Assembly (NCBI GenBank): GCA_964362535.1
Contig: CAYIEN010000005.1
Span: 1,320 to 65,319 of the forward strand
From: an uncultured Methanosarcinales archaeon
GTDB taxonomy: Archaea > Nanobdellota > Nanobdellia > Woesearchaeales > ARS49
Length of the DNA: 64,000 nt
Reading direction: 5' to 3'
The notes beneath the pieces were generated by a model. It was not told where the DNA came from and did not search any database. It saw nothing but the letters and a program-made list of their open reading frames with translations. Positions 23,799 through 33,001 of the stretch are shown piece by piece. Numbering within the stretch: the first letter of the stretch is position 1; each line of letters opens with the position of its first letter. The position numbers and the translations under genes were made by a program.

Positions 23799-24326
23799 TT
23801 AAGAAGTAGTTTCTATCGTCTTGACTCTTGCTTTCAACTGCTTTAATTTGTCATCAACGATTGCGAGTTTGCTTTTGTATTTCTTGCTCTTGGCTAATTC
23901 TTTGTGCATGGCTTCGAGTTTCTTGATATCATCCTTAAAGATAGCAATCTTTTGTGATTTGTCCGAGAGTCTTTCAAGTATTTTGCGTTCAAGTGAGCGT
24001 ATGCGTTCTGCGCGTGCTTCTCGGTTTTCGAGAAAGACGCCGAGTCTTTTTTCGAGAACTTCCATTTTGTCTTTGAGTTTGCGGTGGAAGACGTCTTCTT
24101 CGCCTTGGTGTTTGGAAACGCGTTGTTCAATTTCGATAGCTTGACCAATCTTGCGCTCGAGTTCTTCCAAGTGTCCTTTGAAGTCTTTGTTTGCGAGTTT
24201 TCGCATTTTGACGATTTGGTCTTCGAGGTCTCGTCGAACAAAGTCTCGTTGGTTAATTTTTCGCGCAGCGTGACCACAGTAATGGAAGAATGTGCTTGCT
24301 TTGTCCTGGTCTACTCCTGGAAACAT
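23799..24326 (-). CDS. hypothetical coiled-coil protein
   Basis: 175 aa, K/E/L-rich heptad-like sequence. Confidence 0.45.
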   Translation of the reverse strand: MFPGVDQDKASTFFHYCGHAARKINQRDFVRRDLEDQIVKMRKLANKDFKGHLEELERKIGQAIEIEQRVSKHQGEEDVFHRKLKDKMEVLEKRLGVFLENREARAERIRSLERKILERLSDKSQKIAIFKDDIKKLEAMHKELAKSKKYKSKLAIVDDKLKQLKARVKTIETTS

Positions 24327-24337
24327 TGGTTACCTGG

Positions 24338-24892
24338 TTAGAAGATTCCGAACTTGCGTTTTTGCTGGCTCAAGGGCGGCAACGGCGGTCCCATTGGAGG
24401 CATTGCGCCGAATTGTTGCGGCGGTCCCATCGGTGCGCTTCGTTGCATCGGTGGTGGGCTGAAGGAACGCATGTTGGGTTCCGGGCGGATGAATGTGTCG
24501 CCGGAGGGCATGGTTTCTTCTTTCTTAACGGTGAATCCTTCTTCCATGTTGCCTTTCAAATCGTTGACTAAGTCTGCTACTGCAACGATTCCTTTTGCGA
24601 TTTCGGAGTTTTGTTCGAGAATTTTGTTCATTTTTTCCAAGAGAGGTTTCATTTTCTCCTGAAAGGAAAGTCCGCCTTCTTCGGTTTTGATTTCGTGGCC
24701 TGCTTCTTCAAAGATGGCGGTTAAGCGGTCCATCTTTGCGGCCAAATCGTCCATCGTGACTTGCAATTTCTTGGTTGAGGGGATAGGAACGTCCTTCAAG
24801 CGCTTCAATTCTTCCTTCAGGTCTTGGATTTCCTTGTAGGGGACTAATTCGTAGTTGTCTTCGGCATCAGAAACTGGAGTATTGTCTGGCAT
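24338..24892 (-). CDS. hypothetical coiled-coil protein with Pro/Met/Gly-rich C-terminal tail
   Basis: 184 aa. Tail PPPMQRSAPMGPPQQFGAMPPMGPPLPPL...KFGIF. Confidence 0.45.
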   Translation of the reverse strand: MPDNTPVSDAEDNYELVPYKEIQDLKEELKRLKDVPIPSTKKLQVTMDDLAAKMDRLTAIFEEAGHEIKTEEGGLSFQEKMKPLLEKMNKILEQNSEIAKGIVAVADLVNDLKGNMEEGFTVKKEETMPSGDTFIRPEPNMRSFSPPPMQRSAPMGPPQQFGAMPPMGPPLPPLSQQKRKFGIF

Positions 24893-24956
24893 TCTATCAC
24901 CCTTTTTATCTTATGCAGAATAGAGGTTGGGAGCTTTATAAAGGTTTCGAGCTATC

Positions 24957-25277
24957 TTAGATGTCTTCTAAATTGTGTCCGCAATAGATCTTTCCTTGTT
25001 CAACAAAGAAATCATAACGTTCAGCAGGGGCAATATCAGCAAAATCCAGCTGGAAAGACATCTTACATAAATAGCTTCCATCTTGGAAAGGCATAATTTT
25101 CCAATAATCAAGCGCATTTGACTCGCGAAAAATAACAAACGGCTGCTCAAGTACTTTGCCAACAAGCTGTTGACTTTTAAAGGAAGGTAATTTACTAAGA
25201 GGGATCTCACATCCTGTAATTACTTCTTTCTCAAACGGTGCAAGAAGATCAACAATTGATTTCGGGTCGAGAGCCAT
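24957..25277 (-). CDS. hypothetical protein
   Basis: 106 aa. TAATG overlap with the upstream gene. Confidence 0.4.
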   Translation of the reverse strand: MALDPKSIVDLLAPFEKEVITGCEIPLSKLPSFKSQQLVGKVLEQPFVIFRESNALDYWKIMPFQDGSYLCKMSFQLDFADIAPAERYDFFVEQGKIYCGHNLEDI

Positions 25278-25633
25278 TACATCCCCTCTAACTTTTTTTC
25301 GCGCAAATAAACATTGTAAAGCTTGTTTTCGATGGAGATCGTAATTTTTTCTTGTTCAGCAGAAGAAATTCTTGCTAGACCTTCGCGGAGTGGCATGATA
25401 GACGTAAATTGGTTGCCATAAATAGGTGTGATACCAACGCCGTTAGGTAATGTTGTAACAAGAACGGAAACAGGACCCGTAGGCTTTCCGCCGGGAAGAA
25501 TAATGCCGCCAAACATCCGCACGTTTTCTTCCAATAATTCAATTGAGTTTTCAAGAGCGGAAAGTTCTTGGGGTGTAGAGACACGGAATTCAGGCGCGAG
25601 GAATTGATATTTTTTTTCAGTTGTGGTTGTCAT
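25277..25633 (-). CDS. hypothetical protein
   Basis: 118 aa. GGAGGGG SD upstream. Confidence 0.4.
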   Translation of the reverse strand: MTTTTEKKYQFLAPEFRVSTPQELSALENSIELLEENVRMFGGIILPGGKPTGPVSVLVTTLPNGVGITPIYGNQFTSIMPLREGLARISSAEQEKITISIENKLYNVYLREKKLEGM

Positions 25634-25778
25634 GTTACATCCCCTCCATCTTAAGTAGTGTATTCCCTGCTAGACGTACCCCTCGAGCCTGCCTACTGAC
25701 GCTGAAGTTGCAGGTTGCATCAATAGCACAACCGCTCATATCCCCGAGACCGACAGGCCGGACAATCAACAAGTCACT

Positions 25779-26321
25779 TTATTGTTCATACTTGATAGAA
25801 ATCTCTCCATAAGCATGGCCTTTTTTTTGTAAATACCTCGCGTTGGTTGCTGCCTGTTTAGGCATTAACGCAATCGCCGCACTATTTTTTCTATAGTCAT
25901 CAAGCATGATTTGCACGTGCTGCTTTGGAACAAATTCTCTACCACTTAAAAATCGCTTTCCAAGTGGGCTGGTTTTTGAAAGAAAAACTAAAGGCATGTT
26001 GCGAATGAAATCTGCATGTTTCATGAGTTCTTCGAGGTCTGCAGGTTCATAAACGAATGCACGCACATCGATTCCATCACGCAACGTCGCAATAAGTGTA
26101 CTGGTAAATTGGTACGCGGAAGAACTATTCTTTCCGTCAAACATTACGCGCGCTTCAATAGCATCGTCCAGTGTCTGCAACATTGTTCCGCGCGCCAAAC
26201 AATACCTGGCACAATCGCGCCAATCCATTGGAGATGACGCTTGTGTCCAAATTTTCCCACCAAATGAATAACCATCTTCTTTCGCTGAAACAGTAATTGC
26301 AGCTTTTGCCAAAATAGTCAT
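25779..26321 (-). CDS. hypothetical protein
   Basis: Start at MTILAKAAITV, directly after the thermosome stop. The longer track ORF would overlap the thermosome gene. Confidence 0.45.
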   Translation of the reverse strand: MTILAKAAITVSAKEDGYSFGGKIWTQASSPMDWRDCARYCLARGTMLQTLDDAIEARVMFDGKNSSSAYQFTSTLIATLRDGIDVRAFVYEPADLEELMKHADFIRNMPLVFLSKTSPLGKRFLSGREFVPKQHVQIMLDDYRKNSAAIALMPKQAATNARYLQKKGHAYGEISIKYEQ

Positions 26322-26322
26322 C

Positions 26323-27945
26323 TCACATCCCATCCATGCCCGGAGGCATTCTCTGGTTCGGTTGTGTTTTGCCACCGGAGATAACATCGTCGATGCGCAA
26401 AATCATTTGCGCGACTTCTGAAGCAGAGCTAATCGCCTGCGTCTTAATCTTCAAGGGTTCCAAGACTCCTGCTTTCCAGGCGTCCATGACTTTGCCTGCG
26501 TTGACGTCTACTCCTGCCCAGATTTGCTTTTTGTCATGCGCGGCTTTTAATTCCGTGATGATGTCGATCGGATCCATGCCCGCATTCTCAGCGAGTGTGC
26601 GAGGAATGACTTCGAGTGCTTCAGCGAATGCTAAGACTGCCAATTGTTCGCGGCCGGAAAGGCTGTCGGCGAACTTTCGAAGTTCTTTTGCAACTTCCAT
26701 TTCGGGCGCGCCAGCACCGGCTACAACCTTTCCAACTTTAATCGCGGCAGCGACGTCGCCGATTGCGTCGGTCATTGCGCGTCGTACTTCGTCGACGATG
26801 TGCATTGTTCCGCCGCGCACTAAGATAGTGACGCTCTTCGGGTTTTTGCAACCAGTAACGTAAGTTAATTCGTCGTCGCCCATTTTGATTTCTTCGACTT
26901 TGCCCGAGTGTCCAAGCTCTTTCGGAGTCAAGTCGTCAAGGTTTGAAACGATGGATGCGCCTGTCGCGCGAGCGAGTGCTTCCATGTCGGATTTCTTGAC
27001 GCGGCGTGCGGCATAAATTCCTTTCTTTGCGAGAAAGTGCTGTGCCGTATCGTCAATACCTTTCTGGCAGAACAACACATTTGCGCCGGAGGCGACAATC
27101 TTGTCAACCATCGTTCGCAACATGCGTTCTTCCTGGTCGAGGAATGCCTGCATTTGCGAAGGTTGTGTGATTTCGATTTTGGCGTCCATTTCAGTGTCTT
27201 TGATTTCGATTGCCAAATCAACGAGTGCAATCTTTGCCGCATTTACCAATTTCGGCATTTGCGGGTGGACTGCTTCTTTTTCGAGGACAATTCCTTCAAT
27301 AAGTTCAGTGTCTTCAACGCTTCCACCAACTTTCTTTTCGAGTTTGATGTGGTCTTTGTCGAAGTGAACATGACCAGCAGAATCGCGCTCAATGACGCGC
27401 TTGACGGCTTTGACTGCGATATCACTCATTTTGTCTTTCGCAGTCTCGGCACCCTTGCCCGTAACGGCAGTAACAGCAATCTTTCGTAACGAAGAATCAT
27501 CCTTCTCAGTGATGTTTTCAGCAATAGAGTTCAGTACGGCAATTGCTTTTTCATGCGCAATGCGATATCCTCGAGCAATAACGGTGGGATGTACTTCTTG
27601 GTCAAGCAAGAATTCTGCTTTGCGCAATAATTCGCCTGCCAAAACCACAGCGGTTGTAGTTCCGTCTCCGACTTCTGCTTCTTGTGTTTTTGCGACTTCG
27701 ACAATCATGCGTGCTGCAGGATGTTCGACTTGCATTTCTTGCAAAATGGTAACGCCATCGTTAGTAACAGTAATATCTCCCATTGCGTCAACCAACATTT
27801 TGTCCATGCCTTTCGGACCAAGAGTGGTGCGAACGGTTTCAGCCACTAATTTGGCTGCCATGATGTTGTTTCGCTGGGCATTCTTGCCAGTCGTTCGTTG
27901 TGTGCTTTCGGGCAAGATAAAGATAGGTTGGACTTGATTTGTCAT
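26323..27945 (-). CDS. ths: thermosome subunit (group II chaperonin)
   Basis: 540 aa. [42 protein letters not shown] motifs. Confidence 0.95.
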   Translation of the reverse strand: MTNQVQPIFILPESTQRTTGKNAQRNNIMAAKLVAETVRTTLGPKGMDKMLVDAMGDITVTNDGVTILQEMQVEHPAARMIVEVAKTQEAEVGDGTTTAVVLAGELLRKAEFLLDQEVHPTVIARGYRIAHEKAIAVLNSIAENITEKDDSSLRKIAVTAVTGKGAETAKDKMSDIAVKAVKRVIERDSAGHVHFDKDHIKLEKKVGGSVEDTELIEGIVLEKEAVHPQMPKLVNAAKIALVDLAIEIKDTEMDAKIEITQPSQMQAFLDQEERMLRTMVDKIVASGANVLFCQKGIDDTAQHFLAKKGIYAARRVKKSDMEALARATGASIVSNLDDLTPKELGHSGKVEEIKMGDDELTYVTGCKNPKSVTILVRGGTMHIVDEVRRAMTDAIGDVAAAIKVGKVVAGAGAPEMEVAKELRKFADSLSGREQLAVLAFAEALEVIPRTLAENAGMDPIDIITELKAAHDKKQIWAGVDVNAGKVMDAWKAGVLEPLKIKTQAISSASEVAQMILRIDDVISGGKTQPNQRMPPGMDGM

Positions 27946-28055
27946 GAGTATGAACCCCCGCTAATCTAAAGAATTTTGTCGGCGTTCGGTATTTAAAGCT
28001 TGCGAACAAAATGACCTATTTGTCGATATAAACACAAGATGAGAACCGTGTAGAC

Positions 28056-28424
28056 TTACGTTTTAAATCCGTGTGCCTTGGAAAAGGGCACAATATCCAA
28101 TTTATCGGTTTCTCGGAGACGCAGGTAAACGGCGTGGCTTATGCTGAATTCTGCTTGCAGACTTGCTCCTTGGTTATACTTGATTTCGCGATATTCACCT
28201 GCGCGTGCGCGGTCGAGGTCGTAGTTTGCGGCTTTGACTTCGCGTGCGGAAGCAAACCAGCGCGGGTGGTACTTGTCGTATTCTTCGTCAACAATTTTTC
28301 GTTGAGAAGGAGGGATGCAGGTAAGAGTGATTTCGAGGCTCATTGCGCAATACTTGAAGCCTTCACTAAGAAGCGGGTCTTTGAGATGCTTATTCTCGTT
28401 TTTTTGTGTTGGATTAACGCCCAT
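28056..28424 (-). CDS. hypothetical protein
   Basis: 122-aa ORF, third gene of a tightly packed trio. Confidence 0.4.
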   Translation of the reverse strand: MGVNPTQKNENKHLKDPLLSEGFKYCAMSLEITLTCIPPSQRKIVDEEYDKYHPRWFASAREVKAANYDLDRARAGEYREIKYNQGASLQAEFSISHAVYLRLRETDKLDIVPFSKAHGFKT

Positions 28425-28426
28425 GT

Positions 28427-28669
28427 TTATGCCACATCGTCGAAATCAAGCAGTCCTTCTGCTTCGTCTTGGAGGCGTGCTTCGAGTTCTTCGAGTTTTT
28501 CGTGGGTTGCGAGTAGTTTTTTCTTTTTTGGGCGCGCGAGTGGGTCAACGGTGACGCCAACGACGTATCCTTGTCGTGCAGCGGAGATGTTCGTATTGAG
28601 CTTTCGCAATTCTTGTTCGGTAACGTAGGCTTCTCCTTGTTCCGGTTGGTCTTGCGCGTTGTACGTCAT
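28427..28669 (-). CDS. hypothetical protein
   Basis: 80-aa ORF with acidic C-terminus. Confidence 0.4.
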   Translation of the reverse strand: MTYNAQDQPEQGEAYVTEQELRKLNTNISAARQGYVVGVTVDPLARPKKKKLLATHEKLEELEARLQDEAEGLLDFDDVA

Positions 28670-28672
28670 TAT

Positions 28673-28825
28673 TTATGCCTGTTTGATTGTTTTTGCGGTT
28701 TCGATCTTCACGACGAATTCGAGTCGGGAAAATCGGGATTGATAGGTGTTGACCTGTTGAGAAATGTTTGCTCGGTGCGCTGCGTAGTCTGTTGCTGTGG
28801 TTTGTTTGTGGTATTGTTTATGCAT
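28673..28825 (-). CDS. possible 50-aa ORF (absent from track)
   Basis: Own translation MHKQYHKQTTATDYAAHRANISQQVNTYQSRFSRLEFVVKIETAKTIKQA. Strong GAGAGGTGA SD 6 nt upstream. Stop is 3 nt before the next start. Confidence 0.3.
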   Translation of the reverse strand: MHKQYHKQTTATDYAAHRANISQQVNTYQSRFSRLEFVVKIETAKTIKQA

Positions 28826-28911
28826 ATTCACTCACCTCTCTAGAGCCAAAAAATGCCTTTTTAAACCTTGCGACCTAAAACCATAAATATGGGCAAACCT
28901 CGTTTTTGGGC

Positions 28912-29481
28912 ATGATTATCACGATTTCGGGTTCTCCAGGCTCGGGTAAGAGCACGATTGGGCAATTGTTGGCCAAAAAGCTCGGTTTCAAGCGTTACTC
29001 GTTGGGTGATTTGCAAAGAAGGTTAGCCAAGGACAACGGTATGACAATTGAGCAGTGGAACGAGTTCTGTTACAACAACGCAATTGCGGACAAGAACGCG
29101 GATGAATTCCAGAGAAGACTAGGTCAGGTTGAGGACAATTTTGTTATTGACGGTCGTGTTTCGTGGTTTTTCATTCCGCAGTCATTCAAGGTTTTTCTGA
29201 AGGTGGATGACGCAGTCGCGGCAAAGCGTATTTTTGAGGACCACGCAAAGGGCAAGAGAGATTCAGAAAGCAAAGTCGCAAGTCTCTCGGATGTATTGAA
29301 AGAAATAAAGACGCGTCAAAAGAACGAGCTTGCGAGATACAAAAAAGCATATAACATTAATTATGCTGACCTGAAGAATTATGATTTGGTGCTAGACACT
29401 ACACAATTAACGATTCCGCAGACGCTGAACGCAGTGTTAGCTGCGATGAAAACCGTAAAGTCTAAAAAGAAGGTAGCGTGA
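28912..29481 (+). CDS. cmk: cytidylate kinase, archaeal type (P-loop NMP kinase)
   Basis: MIITISGSPGSGKSTIGQLLAKKLG P-loop. ATG chosen over the track's upstream TTG. TATA-like ATAAATAT ends 22 nt upstream. Confidence 0.65.
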   Translation: MIITISGSPGSGKSTIGQLLAKKLGFKRYSLGDLQRRLAKDNGMTIEQWNEFCYNNAIADKNADEFQRRLGQVEDNFVIDGRVSWFFIPQSFKVFLKVDDAVAAKRIFEDHAKGKRDSESKVASLSDVLKEIKTRQKNELARYKKAYNINYADLKNYDLVLDTTQLTIPQTLNAVLAAMKTVKSKKKVA

Positions 29482-29490
29482 GGGCAAAAG

Positions 29491-30126
29491 ATGGCATTTA
29501 AAGTGAATGATTTTGTTGAGCTGGACTATACTGGTCACGTCAAGGATTCAAAAGACGTGTTTGACACGACGGACGCTGGTATTGCCAGAGCGCATCACTT
29601 GCAGGGTTCTGCTCCGGGCAAAGTCGTTATTCCATTGGGCAAAGGTTTTCTTCATAAGGGTCTCGAGCTCAAGCTTGTCGGTAAAGATGTTGGTAAGCAC
29701 CGCATCGAACTCAATGTTGATGAAGCGTTTGGTAAAAAGAGCGCAAAACTTCTCAAGCTTATCCCTACACAAGAATTTGTTCGCGACAATATTCAGCCAC
29801 AGCCGGGTTTGCCCGTGCAGGTTGATGGCGCTATGGGTTTTGTGAAAACCGTTAACGGTGGAAGAACAATTGTCGATTTTAACCATCCTGTTGCTGGCAA
29901 AGAAGTCTATTATGATGTTGACGCTCATCGCGTTATCACAGATGTGAAAGAAAAGGTCTCTGCAGTCGTTAAATTATTGCTCAAAGTCAACGCGCAAATC
30001 ACGGTTACGAAGGACGACGCGACCATCACGTTCAAGCAGGAGCTTCCGGATGATATTCGTGAGGGTTTAATTACGGAAATTAAGGAAAGCACGGGCGTGA
30101 AGCACGTGACTGTTTTGAAAGCGTAA
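29491..30126 (+). CDS. FKBP-type peptidyl-prolyl cis-trans isomerase (SlyD-like, with insert and C-terminal domain)
   Basis: 211 aa. FVELDYTGH...FDTT and VDFNHPVAGKEVYYDV motifs. Confidence 0.8.
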   Translation: MAFKVNDFVELDYTGHVKDSKDVFDTTDAGIARAHHLQGSAPGKVVIPLGKGFLHKGLELKLVGKDVGKHRIELNVDEAFGKKSAKLLKLIPTQEFVRDNIQPQPGLPVQVDGAMGFVKTVNGGRTIVDFNHPVAGKEVYYDVDAHRVITDVKEKVSAVVKLLLKVNAQITVTKDDATITFKQELPDDIREGLITEIKESTGVKHVTVLKA

Positions 30127-30213
30127 TGCGTGTTTTATTCTATACAAATCCTTATAAACATTATAGCTCGACACTATTCTAGAAAAGTAACAATAAAATT
30201 TGGGTGGTGTTTT

Positions 30214-31398
30214 GTGGTACAACCAAGTAATGAACAGCCGACATTTGTTCCGGCGCAGCCGTCGTTTCCTCAGCCGAGTTTTCCTCCGAATACGCAGAAC
30301 AATAACACTATGTTTATCGAGCCGAAGGTGGCCAACGTGCGAAAATCGGCAAGTTCTGTTGATGCTGAATTGGAAGAGATGCTTTCTCGCCAGAAGGCAA
30401 CCCTTAAGGTTGTTGGTTGCGGTGGCGGCGGTAATAACACGATTAACAGAATCACCGAAGTTGGCGTGACGGGCGCGGAAACGATTGCGATTAACACGGA
30501 CGCACAAGATCTTCTTTACACAAGTGCGGACAAGAAAATTTTGATTGGCCGCGAAACCACGCGAGGCATGGGTGCTGGTTCGGATCCGAAACAGGGCGAA
30601 GCCGCTGCTCACGAACAAGAGCACGACATCAAGAACGCGCTGTCTGGCGCAGACATGGTGTTTATCACGTGCGGTCTTGGCGGCGGTACAGGTACTGGTT
30701 CTGCTCCGGTTGTTGCGGATGTGTCTAAGAAGATGGGCGCATTAACCGTCGCAGTTGTTACGATGCCGTTTACAATGGAAGGCGGTCGCCGTTACGAAAA
30801 CGCAATTACGGGTCTTGAACGATTGGAACAATTGGTTGACACGCTTATCGTCATTCCGAACGACAAACTTTTGGAATTAGCGCCTGACTTACCGTTACAC
30901 ACCGCATTCAAAGTTGCGGACGAAATTCTTACGAACGCAGTCAAAGGTATTGCAGAACTTGTCACAAAGGCAGGTTTGGTTAACTTGGACTTCGCGGACA
31001 TTCGTGCAGTTATGCAGAACGGCGGCGTTGCATTGATTGGCGTCGGTGAATCCGATTCTGAAAACCGAGCAACAGAAGCGGTTGAGAAGGCAATTCACAA
31101 CCCTCTATTAGATGTCGACATCACGGGTGCTACTGGCGCACTTATCAACGTCGCTGGCTCAAAGGACCTCTCGCTTAATGAAGCAAGAAAGGTTGTTGAA
31201 GCAGTCTCGTCAAAACTTTCGGAGGACGCCAAGATTATTTGGGGCGCACAAATCTACGAAGACCTTGGCGCAACGCTCCGGGTGATGTTAATAGTTACAG
31301 GAGTCCAATCGCCGCAAATCTTCGGCAAAACCCACAAAGTCTCCGACGACACACGAAAAGAGATTTCTAACGAGTTAGGAATTGAGTTTGTGGATTAG
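30214..31398 (+). CDS. ftsZ: cell division GTPase FtsZ
   Basis: [36 protein letters not shown] motifs. GTG at 30214 preceded by GGGTGGTG. Alternative ATG at 30310. TAG stop. Confidence 0.9.
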   Translation: MVQPSNEQPTFVPAQPSFPQPSFPPNTQNNNTMFIEPKVANVRKSASSVDAELEEMLSRQKATLKVVGCGGGGNNTINRITEVGVTGAETIAINTDAQDLLYTSADKKILIGRETTRGMGAGSDPKQGEAAAHEQEHDIKNALSGADMVFITCGLGGGTGTGSAPVVADVSKKMGALTVAVVTMPFTMEGGRRYENAITGLERLEQLVDTLIVIPNDKLLELAPDLPLHTAFKVADEILTNAVKGIAELVTKAGLVNLDFADIRAVMQNGGVALIGVGESDSENRATEAVEKAIHNPLLDVDITGATGALINVAGSKDLSLNEARKVVEAVSSKLSEDAKIIWGAQIYEDLGATLRVMLIVTGVQSPQIFGKTHKVSDDTRKEISNELGIEFVD

Positions 31399-31399
31399 T

Positions 31400-32065
31400 A
31401 TGGGTTCCTACAAAAACGAAGTTGAGCCATATCTCGCACAAAGAATAATTCAAGCGTCTGCAAAAGCTGGAACGAGGTGGGAAGCTGATATTGTTCATTC
31501 ATTTTTTCTTCGAGATACTATGGCTGAGAAATTAGAAGAAAAACTCGGAATGCCCTCAAAAGAAATTAACGTTATTTTAGATCAGGAGCAAAGCGGATTA
31601 AATCAAATGCTTTGTCAAGCAAAGCACACTACTTGTGAAGGTCACGCAACGATTAATCCTGCGCGCGTTCAGCATGCAGAAAGTCTCACTGGCATTCGTG
31701 AGTTTCGCGGTTACATTAACGACAAACTTGTTGTTAACGGTAAAGGAATATTAGAAAAAGATAAAGTGAGATTTGAATTGTATCAGACCTCTTTTGAAGA
31801 GATTGAGCACATTCACGCATATGGTTCTTTACTTATCTGCTTGTCTGGTCAAACAACATCTATACGAGAAGCACAGGAATTAGGGTATCAGCAAAATGAT
31901 TCTGTTCCTGAAGAACCGGAAGGTTGGGCGGAAGAACGTCCGCCTGTTGAGCAGCGTGATGCAGAAATAGACAGTCGGGATTGCAGTGAACCTGAGCTGA
32001 TTAATGATCGGGAAGATGTGTTCTATCCTCCTGTTGATGAGTGGAGTTCGCAGCACAACTCTTAA
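31400..32065 (+). CDS. hypothetical protein, co-operonic with ftsZ
   Basis: ATG lies 1 nt after the ftsZ stop. 221 aa with an acidic C-terminal third. Confidence 0.45.
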   Translation: MGSYKNEVEPYLAQRIIQASAKAGTRWEADIVHSFFLRDTMAEKLEEKLGMPSKEINVILDQEQSGLNQMLCQAKHTTCEGHATINPARVQHAESLTGIREFRGYINDKLVVNGKGILEKDKVRFELYQTSFEEIEHIHAYGSLLICLSGQTTSIREAQELGYQQNDSVPEEPEGWAEERPPVEQRDAEIDSRDCSEPELINDREDVFYPPVDEWSSQHNS

Positions 32066-32090
32066 AAACCCCTCTTTTTGATGTTTTTTT

Positions 32091-32684
32091 ATGGTTGTGA
32101 AACTTGCATCGTCATTGAAATCGCTTGATGAGCTTATCAAGATGGAAGCGGGAAAAGTAGTGCTTCCGAAAAAGTGGAAGGCAAGTTTTTCAAGTTATGG
32201 CACTCCGGGAGATGGCACATTTTACGTTGAAGGATTCATGAATAATTTTGCGTTCTCGTACAATGTTAAAACGGAAGAGGCGGTGTCGCTGGAGTTAAAG
32301 CAGGATGCGGACATCATTTCGGTGACGGGAAAGAAAGGGGTTGTTGAGTTGATGCGGTTGAACGATTTGACGTATTTCAATAATGATAAGTCGTTGTCAA
32401 AAGCGATTGATGATTTTCACAAAGTGGTTGCGGAAGAGATGGATATGCCTGTTCCGGTGCGTCGCCAGTCAGAGCATGATGTTGAGCAGGCGGAAGCGTT
32501 GCGTTTTGGTCAGCAGGCATTGAATGCGGTGAAAAAATATGTGCAGTTGGAAGCACCCGCATTGACAAATCTGATGAATGGATACTTTTCTCGTTCGTTG
32601 ATGGACTTTTCTGCGCAACCCGGAATGAAGACGAATAAGGAGATTTTTGATTGTTTTAATCTTCGGCTTTCGGAGAAAGCTTAA
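32091..32684 (+). CDS. hypothetical protein
   Basis: 197-aa ORF. Confidence 0.45.
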   Translation: MVVKLASSLKSLDELIKMEAGKVVLPKKWKASFSSYGTPGDGTFYVEGFMNNFAFSYNVKTEEAVSLELKQDADIISVTGKKGVVELMRLNDLTYFNNDKSLSKAIDDFHKVVAEEMDMPVPVRRQSEHDVEQAEALRFGQQALNAVKKYVQLEAPALTNLMNGYFSRSLMDFSAQPGMKTNKEIFDCFNLRLSEKA

Positions 32685-32710
32685 TAAAGCAACATAGGGG
32701 TATTCTTGTT

Positions 32711-33001
32711 ATGGATGAAGCAACGAAGCCCTCGGAGATTCCGGCAGAAGACCTCTCGCCGCACTCTGACCCCCACGCGCATAATGACCAGGTTAAAGGT
32801 CCGGGTAAAATCAAGACGAAGTGGCTATGGTTGTTGGCGTTCATTAAGGAATGCAAGCGAGTTCTCACGGTTACGAAGAAGCCCAATAAAGAAGAGTTTA
32901 AGACGATTGTCAAGATTTCTGGCGTTGGCATTTTGCTCATCGGATTGATTGGTTTCTTGATTCATGCAGCACGAGAAGGCTTGCGGGCTTTCGGGCTGTA
33001 A
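32711..33001 (+). CDS. secE: preprotein translocase subunit SecE / Sec61-gamma
   Basis: C-terminal KECKRVLTVTKKPNKEEFKTIVKISGVGILLIGLIGFLIH is the archaeal SecE pattern. Carries an ~35-aa N-terminal extension. Confidence 0.65.
   Translation: MDEATKPSEIPAEDLSPHSDPHAHNDQVKGPGKIKTKWLWLLAFIKECKRVLTVTKKPNKEEFKTIVKISGVGILLIGLIGFLIHAAREGLRAFGL

Noticed and set aside
30067-30624. 185-aa minus-strand ORF spanning the FKBP end and the ftsZ start.
   Set aside because: It overlaps two well-supported plus-strand genes and their promoter, and has no motif.
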